Part shown: piece by piece, positions 56,980-64,000 of the stretch
Numbering within the stretch: the first letter of the stretch is position 1
How the letters are laid out: each line of letters opens with the position of its first letter
Source: Pseudomonadales bacterium
Lineage (GTDB): Bacteria > Pseudomonadota > Gammaproteobacteria > Pseudomonadales > IMCC2047
Direction: 5' to 3'
Length of the DNA stretch: 64,000 nt
Assembly (NCBI GenBank): GCA_965230515.1
Contig: OZ246007.1
Span: 2,585,270-2,649,269, forward strand
Notes under the pieces: generated by a model
The model's database searches: none
The model's input: the letters and a program-made list of their open reading frames with translations, nothing else
What the model was told of the DNA's origin: nothing
Position numbers and translations under genes: made by a program

Positions 56980-57750
56980 ATGACGAGTGGTGAAACGGAC
57001 AATCTGGTTTTTGGTATTCATTCAGTACAGTCTTTGTTGAGACGAAATCCGCAGCGTATAGAGCTGCTGTTGATTCAAAGGGACAAAATGAATGCCCGTA
57101 TCCGCCAGCTGTTAAAAGATGCGGGCCGTCGAAAAATAAAGATTCATCAGGTTGACCGCGATGAGATCGAGCGGTTGGTTTCCGGTAACCACCAGGGTGT
57201 GGTTGCGCGCTGTTCGCCGCATAAAGCTTTGGATGAAGGCGATCTTGAAGAGTTGTTGGACAGGCTTGAGCAGACGCCACTGTTGTTGGTGCTGGACGGG
57301 GTTACTGATCCCCACAATCTGGGTGCCTGTTTGCGTACGGCTGATGCGGCAGGCGTGGATGCGGTCATTGTCCCCCGCGATAACAGTGCAGCGATTACAC
57401 CAACGGTGAGCAAAGTGTCCTCCGGTGCAGCTGAAACTCTGCCCTTTGTGCAGGTGACGAATTTGGCGCGAACGCTGCGTTGGTTGCAGGGTCGAGGGCT
57501 GTGGGTCAGTGGGGCGGCAGTCGATGAGAGCGCCAGCCCGCTGCATAAGGCTGATCTGACAGGTGCCCGGGTCATTATTATGGGTTCCGAGGGGAAGGGG
57601 ATGCGCAGGCTAACCAAAGAGCATTGTGATGAGTTACTCTACATCCCGATGGCCGGTGAAGTGAGTAGCTTGAATGTCTCTGTAGCGACCGGTGTGTGCC
57701 TGTTTGAGGCAGTACGGCAAAGGTCGGTTTTGAAAGATAAGGAGGATTAG
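56980..57750 (+). CDS. rlmB: 23S rRNA (guanosine2251-2'-O)-methyltransferase RlmB
   Basis: SpoU/TrmH motifs (LVLDGVTDPHNLGACLRTA, IIMGSEGKGMR, IPMAGEVSSLNVSVA). rnr-rlmB synteny. Confidence 0.85.
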   Translation: MTSGETDNLVFGIHSVQSLLRRNPQRIELLLIQRDKMNARIRQLLKDAGRRKIKIHQVDRDEIERLVSGNHQGVVARCSPHKALDEGDLEELLDRLEQTPLLLVLDGVTDPHNLGACLRTADAAGVDAVIVPRDNSAAITPTVSKVSSGAAETLPFVQVTNLARTLRWLQGRGLWVSGAAVDESASPLHKADLTGARVIIMGSEGKGMRRLTKEHCDELLYIPMAGEVSSLNVSVATGVCLFEAVRQRSVLKDKED

Positions 57751-57819
57751 TCCGGGGCTTAACCGTTAGTATACGAACAGGCCCGCGAAATCCGGTTGAA
57801 GATAAATTGTTTCAAGGAC

Positions 57820-57848
57820 TTGCATCTGGTTGTACTGTTGACTAGAAT
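57820..57848 (+). promoter_or_regulatory. Candidate sigma-70 promoter of the rpsF operon
   Basis: TTGCAT (57820-57825), a 17-nt spacer, then TAGAAT (57843-57848), about 90 nt upstream of rpsF. Sequence pattern only. Confidence 0.4.
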
Positions 57849-57934
57849 GCGCCGTTCCAAAAAATATACTCTATTAACTCCTTGCCTCACCGCTTAAATG
57901 ATGCGGGGGGCTGCTTAACCCGTAAGGAGAAGCA

Positions 57935-58453
57935 ATGCGACACTACGAAGTAGTATTTCTCGTGCATCCTGATCAAAGCGATCAGGTCCCGGCAATGATC
58001 GAACGTTACACCGCGATCGTAAAAGACAGCGGCGGTCAGATCCATCGTCTTGAAGACTGGGGTCGACGTCATCTGGCTTACCCTATCAACAAGATTCATA
58101 AAGCGCACTATGTGCTGATGAATATCGAATGTAATACTGAAGCATTGGATGAGCTCAACTACTCATTCAGGTTTAATGATGCCGTTATTCGTAACCTGGT
58201 CATCACTTGTAAGGAAGCTGTTTCCAGCGTATCTCCGATTAAGGCAAATGAAGGTAGGGAAGAGCGTCCTTCACGGGACGATCGTCCTGCGCGAAATGAA
58301 GATCGCAAGTCTGAAGCCCGTACAGAAACGCCAGCCGAGCCGAAAGCTGACAGTGAAGCACAGCCAGAGGCTGGAGAAGCGGAAGCAGTTAAGGCTGAGG
58401 AAAAGGTCGTTGAAGCCGCTGAGCCAGAAGTTGCCGAAGAAGAGAAGAGCTAG
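57935..58453 (+). CDS. rpsF: 30S ribosomal protein S6 with extended acidic C-terminal tail
   Basis: [25 protein letters not shown]... is canonical S6. About 60 extra residues form an E/A/P/K-rich tail. Confidence 0.95.
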   Translation: MRHYEVVFLVHPDQSDQVPAMIERYTAIVKDSGGQIHRLEDWGRRHLAYPINKIHKAHYVLMNIECNTEALDELNYSFRFNDAVIRNLVITCKEAVSSVSPIKANEGREERPSRDDRPARNEDRKSEARTETPAEPKADSEAQPEAGEAEAVKAEEKVVEAAEPEVAEEEKS

Positions 58454-58522
58454 TCAGGTTTCGGTTTTTGAAAGACCAGTGCTCAGTTTAAATCAGATAG
58501 ATTAAGTTTCAGGAGAATACAG

Positions 58523-58750
58523 ATGGCCCGTTATTTTCGTCGCCGCAAGTACTGCCGCTTTACCGCGGAAGGCATTAAAGAGATTGATTACAAAGATTTG
58601 GATACGCTGAAGGCGTTTGTTACCGAAACAGGTAAGATTGTACCCAGCCGTATCACCGGTACCAATGCTCGTTACCAGCGTCAGTTGGCAACAGCAATCA
58701 AACGCGCACGTTATCTGGCATTGTTGCCATATACGGACGCGCATAAATAA
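58523..58750 (+). CDS. rpsR: 30S ribosomal protein S18
   Basis: [30 protein letters not shown]... is canonical S18. Confidence 0.95.
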   Translation: MARYFRRRKYCRFTAEGIKEIDYKDLDTLKAFVTETGKIVPSRITGTNARYQRQLATAIKRARYLALLPYTDAHK

Positions 58751-58772
58751 TTTTTAGAGAGACGGCAGGGGA

Positions 58773-59633
58773 GTGCGCGCACTAGCTGAATATGCGATGC
58801 GCGGTCGAACGCAGGCCGTTACTGTGGTGATGCTCACTTCGGCATTGCCACTGCTGTTTTGGCTAAGCGCAGCTACAGTTGCGCTGGCCACATTAAGAAA
58901 AGGTGCGGCAGAGGGTTTAGGTCTGTTGCTCTGGGCAAGCCTCCCGGCTGTGATCTGGCTGGTGATGCGCAACGATCCAACGCCTTTGGTGGTGATCGTT
59001 GGCAGCGGGATATTGGGCGTTGTGTTACGGATAAGCGTATCCTGGGTGCACACGCTGGTCGCAGGGGTTTTGCTGGGCATAATGCTAACCTGGGTGATGC
59101 CACTGCTGCTACCTGAAGTAGTGGCTGAGACCATTCGGATCAGCAAGCAGGTTTTGGCTGAAATGACAGCTGAAATCAGCCAGAAAACAGGAAGACAGCT
59201 GGAAGAGTGGTTGTACAGCCTGTTTGCAGGAGTGCTCGGCAGTGTCCACCTGTTTGCGGTGGTGGGTTGTGTGGTTTTGGCTCGTTGGTGGCAATCAGCG
59301 CTGTATAATCCGGGTGGATTCAGGGAGGAGTTTCATCGGTTAATACTGCCCAGGACGTTAGCGTTGCCGCTCATGCTGTTTATGCTTTTGGGAGGCGGTG
59401 TACACCCGCTTTTACTGGGTTGGATCCCGGTGCTGACAGTACCTTTTGTGGTTGCGGCAATTGCGCTGGTGCATGGCATGGTTGCTTTGAGGAAGTTGGC
59501 AGTACAGTGGCTGTTCGCTTTCTATTTAATGGTTTTTTTATTGGGTCCGTACTTTTACATATTGTTAATCGTGATGGCCATTCTGGACAGTGTGCTGGAT
59601 TTCCGAGGCAGGATTCGGGCACAAATTGAATAG
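58773..59633 (+). CDS. Polytopic membrane protein inserted between rpsR and rplI
   Basis: 286 aa with 6 or more TM segments. GTG start. Occupies the same position as a conserved hypothetical membrane protein in Pseudomonas-like operons. Confidence 0.55.
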   Translation: MRALAEYAMRGRTQAVTVVMLTSALPLLFWLSAATVALATLRKGAAEGLGLLLWASLPAVIWLVMRNDPTPLVVIVGSGILGVVLRISVSWVHTLVAGVLLGIMLTWVMPLLLPEVVAETIRISKQVLAEMTAEISQKTGRQLEEWLYSLFAGVLGSVHLFAVVGCVVLARWWQSALYNPGGFREEFHRLILPRTLALPLMLFMLLGGGVHPLLLGWIPVLTVPFVVAAIALVHGMVALRKLAVQWLFAFYLMVFLLGPYFYILLIVMAILDSVLDFRGRIRAQIE

Positions 59634-59698
59634 CGTTGCCGGTTATCCACAATCGATTGGTGGATGACTGGAGAAACAGGCTTATAGAGGAAAGAAAG

Positions 59699-60145
59699 AT
59701 GGAAGTTATATTGTTAGAAAATATCGGTAAATTGGGTAACCTGGGTGACAAGGTTTCTGTGAAGCCAGGTTATGGTCGCAATTATCTCATTCCTTACGGG
59801 AAGGCTGTTTTTGCAACGGAACAGAGCCTGGCTGAGTTTGAGTCGCGCCGTGCGGAATTGGAGAAAGCGGCAGCTGATGCCAAAGCTACAGCAGATGCCA
59901 GAGCCGCTGCTCTGGAAGGAAAAGAGTTTATATTCACCGCTAAAGCAGGTGATGAAGGCAAACTTTTTGGATCTGTGGGCACTCGTGAAATTGAGGAATT
60001 GATTTCTGCTTCGGGAACTGAAATTTCGAAAAGTGAAGTTAAGCTGCCGGAAGGTGCAATTCGTCAGGTAGGCGAATATGAAATTTCACTGCAGTTCCAT
60101 AGTGAAGTTATGGCCACCATCAAGTTGCTGGTTCAGCCGGAATAA
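59699..60145 (+). CDS. rplI: 50S ribosomal protein L9
   Basis: [37 protein letters not shown] is canonical L9. The upstream in-frame extension was rejected. Confidence 0.95.
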   Translation: MEVILLENIGKLGNLGDKVSVKPGYGRNYLIPYGKAVFATEQSLAEFESRRAELEKAAADAKATADARAAALEGKEFIFTAKAGDEGKLFGSVGTREIEELISASGTEISKSEVKLPEGAIRQVGEYEISLQFHSEVMATIKLLVQPE

Positions 60146-60405
60146 TAGATTTCCGTACTCTTTAGAGCTTAGGATTATCCTCGGTTAATCGCCGGGGGTA
60201 ATCGTTAGGCCATTGCGCATTTTGTGGTTCATGCGCTGTTCTATCTTCGATTCATCCCGCTTATATCCGCTTGATCTACCGCTGTCTGCTCAATTTGCTG
60301 GCAAAAGATTGCGTCCGGGCATACATTAATGGAAAATAACCCGCTGATGCTGCGCAGGGATTAGTTTGGTGATGCCCTGTTTTCTCTTAAATTTTGCGTA
60401 GAATA

Positions 60406-61782
60406 ATGATTCAAGCTGCTCTGATTGACCAGGAAACTTCTGCACTAAAAGTCCCGCCCCACTCCGTTGAGGCTGAGCAGTCGGTGCTGGGCGGCCTGAT
60501 GCTTGATAACCAGGCATGGGATACGGTTTCAGAAACTATCATTGATGCTGATTTTTATCGCCAAGAACATCGTTTGATTTATAAAATGATGGCCAAGCTG
60601 GTTGCTTCCGGGAATCCGCTGGATGTCATCACGCTGTCCGAAGAGTTAACCAAGGTCAATGAACTCGAAGTGGTAGGCGGTTTGGCTTATCTGGGAGAGC
60701 TGGCCAAAAATACACCCAGCGTGTCGAATTTGGGAGCCTATGCGGAAATAGTTCGAGAGCGCTCACTGTTGCGACAGCTGATCGGTGTTGCCAACGAAAT
60801 TGCGGATGATGCCTTTGAGACCGGAGGCCGCAGTAGTGGTGAGGTGCTGGATAATGCTGAACGACTGGTTTTTCAGATTGCGGAAAACCGACCTAATGTG
60901 ACCGGTCCAAAAGATGTTAATCAGTTACTTACTACCACCATCGAGCGCATCGATGAACTTTTTCATTCTGACAATGCGATTACCGGATTAAGTACCGGAT
61001 ATACCGATATTGATGCAATGACAGCGGGGCTGCAGCCTTCGGATTTGGTCATTATTGCGGGACGCCCTTCGATGGGTAAAACCACCTTTGCGATGAATAT
61101 CGTGGAACATGCGGTTATTCAGGATGACCGGCCGGTGATTGTGTTCAGCATGGAGATGCCCGGCGAATCTCTGGTGATGCGTATGCTCTCCTCTTTGGGA
61201 CGCATCGATCAGACTAAAATACGTACCGGGCAGTTGGGTGATGATGATTGGCCACGGCTCACTTCAGCGGTCAGCCTGCTTAAGGATAATAAACTCTTTA
61301 TTGACGACTCTCCCTCTTTGTCGCCCACTGAAGTACGCTCAAGGGCCCGCCGTGTTGTTCGCGAACATGGCCAGCCTGCATTGATCATGATTGACTATCT
61401 ACAGCTAATGCAGATTAAAGAAAAGAGTGAGAACAGGGTAGGAGAAATTTCAGAGATTTCCCGCTCGCTTAAAGCGCTGGCGAAGGAGCTGGATGTTCCT
61501 GTTATTGCACTCTCTCAGTTGAATCGCAGCTTGGAGCAACGCCCCAATAAACGTCCGGTGATGTCAGATTTGAGGGAATCCGGATCGATTGAGCAGGATG
61601 CGGACGTGATTGCCTTCATCTACCGAGACGAAGTTTATAACGAGGATAGTCCGGATAAAGGTATAGCCGAGATTATTATCGGTAAGCAAAGAAATGGCCC
61701 GATTGGCACCAGGCGCCTGGCGTTTGTCGGCAAATACACTCGGTTTGAAGATCTGGCCCATGAAAACTATGAGGACTTCTAG
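60406..61782 (+). CDS. dnaB: Replicative DNA helicase DnaB
   Basis: PPHSVEAEQSVLGG N-terminal motif, Walker A GRPSMGKTTFAMN and the LRESGSIEQDAD motif. A start at the TTG at 60394 is also possible. Confidence 0.9.
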   Translation: MIQAALIDQETSALKVPPHSVEAEQSVLGGLMLDNQAWDTVSETIIDADFYRQEHRLIYKMMAKLVASGNPLDVITLSEELTKVNELEVVGGLAYLGELAKNTPSVSNLGAYAEIVRERSLLRQLIGVANEIADDAFETGGRSSGEVLDNAERLVFQIAENRPNVTGPKDVNQLLTTTIERIDELFHSDNAITGLSTGYTDIDAMTAGLQPSDLVIIAGRPSMGKTTFAMNIVEHAVIQDDRPVIVFSMEMPGESLVMRMLSSLGRIDQTKIRTGQLGDDDWPRLTSAVSLLKDNKLFIDDSPSLSPTEVRSRARRVVREHGQPALIMIDYLQLMQIKEKSENRVGEISEISRSLKALAKELDVPVIALSQLNRSLEQRPNKRPVMSDLRESGSIEQDADVIAFIYRDEVYNEDSPDKGIAEIIIGKQRNGPIGTRRLAFVGKYTRFEDLAHENYEDF

Positions 61783-61869
61783 TCTTTGCAGTGTGCCGGA
61801 ATCCCTCTGACCCATGGTGGGCCCGGTCATTATTCCTGTACGAACCTATAACCTTTGGAATGCCAAACC

Positions 61870-62943
61870 GTGACACGATCCACGATAGCGCAGATCGATC
61901 TGGGTGCGCTCCATCATAATTTTGGCCGGGTTAAAAGCTATGCACCTGATAGTAAGGTGATGCCGGTTATCAAGGCAGATGCCTATGGACACGGAGCGCT
62001 GAAAATAGCAGAGGCGCTGCCAGAAGCGGATGGTTTCGCGGTCGCATTTATTGATGAAGCCGTTGCGCTGAGAGAAGCAGGTATTCAGCAGCCGATTATT
62101 GTCCTGCAAGGTGTATATAGCCAGCAGGAACTGGTTCTGGCGGTTAATTTATCACTCCAGATAGTAATTCATCAGGTAGCTCAGGTTGATCTGCTGGAGC
62201 ATTATAAGGAGGGTCAGCTTACAGTCTGGTTAAAGCTGGAAACCGGTATGCACCGGGCGGGTATTCCTAGTACTCAGTTCCAGGTACTTGATGCGCGGTT
62301 GCGGCGCATGAAAGCGGTTGGAAAGGTCTGTTATATGACCCATTTTGCATGTGCTGACCAGCCGAACAATCCCATGACTTCAGATCAGCTTGTGCTGTTT
62401 CAAAAGAGTACGAAGGATTTCGGAGATATTTGCAGTCTGGCAAATTCAGCTGCCATTATGACCAGACCGGATACGCACCAAGACTGGGTTCGTCCGGGAA
62501 TTATGTTGTATGGAGCCTCGCCACTGTTAGATTCAACCGCGGAAGCTGGTGGCCTTAAGCCGGTGATGACATTGACCTCCAGCGTGATTGCGGTCAAACA
62601 GCTCAATCAGGGAGATGCTGTTGGCTATGGTGCAACCTGGGTTGCCTCGTCCGCCCGCAAGATTGCGTTGGTAGCGATTGGATATGGTGATGGTTATCCG
62701 CGCAGTTTGGGAGGCAAAGCCAGAGTACTGATTAATGGACAGCTGGCGCCGGTTGTGGGGCGGGTGTCGATGGATAGTCTGGCTATTGACGTCTCCGGGT
62801 TACCACAAGTCTGCCTGGGTGATACGGTCGTTTTATGGGGTAAAGGTTTGCCTATTGAAGAAGTAGCTGCAAAGGCGAATACTATCTCCTATGAATTACT
62901 TTGTAATATTACACAAAGAGTGCCTCGGTGCTACCATGTTTGA
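61870..62943 (+). CDS. alr: Alanine racemase
   Basis: PLP-lysine motif VIKADAYGHG and C-terminal ISYELLCNITQRVPR. A start at the GTG at 61870 gives a typical N-terminus. The TTG at 61855 is an alternative. Confidence 0.85.
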   Translation: MTRSTIAQIDLGALHHNFGRVKSYAPDSKVMPVIKADAYGHGALKIAEALPEADGFAVAFIDEAVALREAGIQQPIIVLQGVYSQQELVLAVNLSLQIVIHQVAQVDLLEHYKEGQLTVWLKLETGMHRAGIPSTQFQVLDARLRRMKAVGKVCYMTHFACADQPNNPMTSDQLVLFQKSTKDFGDICSLANSAAIMTRPDTHQDWVRPGIMLYGASPLLDSTAEAGGLKPVMTLTSSVIAVKQLNQGDAVGYGATWVASSARKIALVAIGYGDGYPRSLGGKARVLINGQLAPVVGRVSMDSLAIDVSGLPQVCLGDTVVLWGKGLPIEEVAAKANTISYELLCNITQRVPRCYHV

Positions 62944-63057
62944 CTTCTTCTGCTATGCTTTTTATATGCTTTGAAAAACGGAATTGATTAGGGCTATTCT
63001 AAAGCTCACCAAGCCTTTGCCGCTAATATGAATTAGAGTGTTTTTAAGGAATTGTAA

Positions 63058-63912
63058 ATGAACAGTGCTGCTGAACTCGCCAACAAAACCAGTCGTTTGT
63101 TTTCGTTGCCGGATATCTACCTCAGGTTATCCAGATTGCTCAATGATGAGAATTCAACCGTGGACCAGATGGCCGAATTAATTGCGCTGGATGCAGCGCT
63201 TTCGGCAAGACTGTTAAAGATCGCCAACAGCTCTTTCTACAATTTTCCCGCCAATATTGAAACGATTCCCAGGGCTATTATGCTGATTGGTTCGGAGGAG
63301 CTTGCCAGTCTGGTGCTGGCTACTTCTGTGGCATCTTCTTTTAGCGGAATTTCACCGGAACTGATCGATATGGACAGTTTTTGGCGGCACAATGTTGATA
63401 CCGGTCTGGTCGCGAGACAGCTGGGCAAGGCGGCCAAACAACCGGACGTAGAGCGTCTGTTCGTGATCGGGCTATTGCATAATATTGGTAAATTGATGGT
63501 ACTGAGTGAATATCCTGAAAAGGTAAAACTGATTCTTGAAGGGCCTGCCGACCAGCTACCCTGGTTGAAAGAGCAGGAGGTGCTTGGTTTCACCTTTGCT
63601 GAATGTGGAGCAGAGCTTATCAAACTCTGGCAATTGCCCAATACCATGATTGATGCTGTGCGCTGGCAACATGAACCCAGTAAAGCGGAAGTGGATGATG
63701 CCGTTGCAGCTTTGCTGCACATAGCCAGCCGGGCAGCCAGTTGGATGGATCAGGAAACCAAGGATGAAGAGCAGCTGGATTTCTTCCAGTTGATTGATCC
63801 CTGGGTTTGGGAGCGCACGGGTCTGGAACTTAATGACATGGATGAGGCGATTGAGTTTGCACAGATTGAGGCGTGGAATATTCTGGGACTGATTACCGCC
63901 TCAGTTCATTGA
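63058..63912 (+). CDS. HDOD domain-containing signalling protein
   Basis: LPDIYLRLSRLLNDENSTVDQMAELIALDAALSARLLKIANSSFY and GLLHNIGKL are typical of HDOD. Confidence 0.75.
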   Translation: MNSAAELANKTSRLFSLPDIYLRLSRLLNDENSTVDQMAELIALDAALSARLLKIANSSFYNFPANIETIPRAIMLIGSEELASLVLATSVASSFSGISPELIDMDSFWRHNVDTGLVARQLGKAAKQPDVERLFVIGLLHNIGKLMVLSEYPEKVKLILEGPADQLPWLKEQEVLGFTFAECGAELIKLWQLPNTMIDAVRWQHEPSKAEVDDAVAALLHIASRAASWMDQETKDEEQLDFFQLIDPWVWERTGLELNDMDEAIEFAQIEAWNILGLITASVH

Positions 63913-64000
63913 GACTCATCTCTCGTATAGACTGTCGGGTGTTTTCGATGGGCGTTAGTGAGTACTGGTTGTTTTGGTGTCGCTTGCTCTCCGATCGCGC

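Noticed and set aside
57890-57906. Hairpin CCGC-ttaaatgat-GCGG in the rpsF 5' leader, considered as an S6:S18 autoregulatory RNA motif
   Set aside because: An S6:S18-binding leader is known for rpsF operons. A 4-bp stem seen by eye is not enough to claim it, and a covariance-model search would be needed.
63237-63722. 161-aa minus-strand ORF
   Set aside because: It is antisense to the HDOD gene, is Ser/Ala/Cys-rich and contains no motifs.

Overview
This 64 kb window looks like a gammaproteobacterial chromosome. Several gene neighbourhoods resemble Pseudomonadales, Oceanospirillales or Cellvibrionales: rhodanese next to psd, rpsF-rpsR-membrane protein-rplI with no priB, and rppH-ptsP...lgt-thyA. 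All calls come from reading the supplied ORF translations and the DNA by eye. No database search was run.

About 1-39 kb and 54.3-64 kb are ordinary conserved core:
- a contiguous epmB/efp/epmA EF-P modification module
- psd, sfsA, rppH-ptsP, lgt-thyA, folA, cobB, arfB, rlmL, purC, mog
- rnr-rlmB, rpsF-rpsR-rplI, dnaB, alr
- two ECF sigma modules, a DUF1800/DUF1501 pair, a vWA lipoprotein and transporters

About 39-54.3 kb is accessory. It ends at a tRNA-Leu(CAG) gene (54237-54323, minus strand). Partial copies of that gene's 3' end recur at 51460-51483 and 47497-47514. These mark two tandem, integrase-less decayed islets that carry fic, a fic remnant and two different hipBA toxin-antitoxin modules, each with its own operator-like repeat array.

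Left of the islets lie:
- a beta-propeller repeat protein with an IPTL-CTERM-like sorting tail
- a frameshifted HNH endonuclease
- the most unusual locus: a protein with a canonical PilZ (c-di-GMP receptor) N-terminus fused to a domain carrying class I terpene synthase metal-binding motifs at the canonical spacing. It is divergently paired with a GT1/MGT-type glycosyltransferase across an intergenic region holding a perfect 15-bp inverted repeat.

Other points of interest:
- a MITE-like element with 32-nt terminal inverted repeats, plus a half copy 22.5 kb away in inverted orientation
- a BacNaV-type channel whose selectivity filter (FEDWTD) resembles engineered calcium-selective filters
- a repeated TGTCG(A/G) palindrome module

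No CRISPR array, rRNA gene or intact integrase or transposase was seen.
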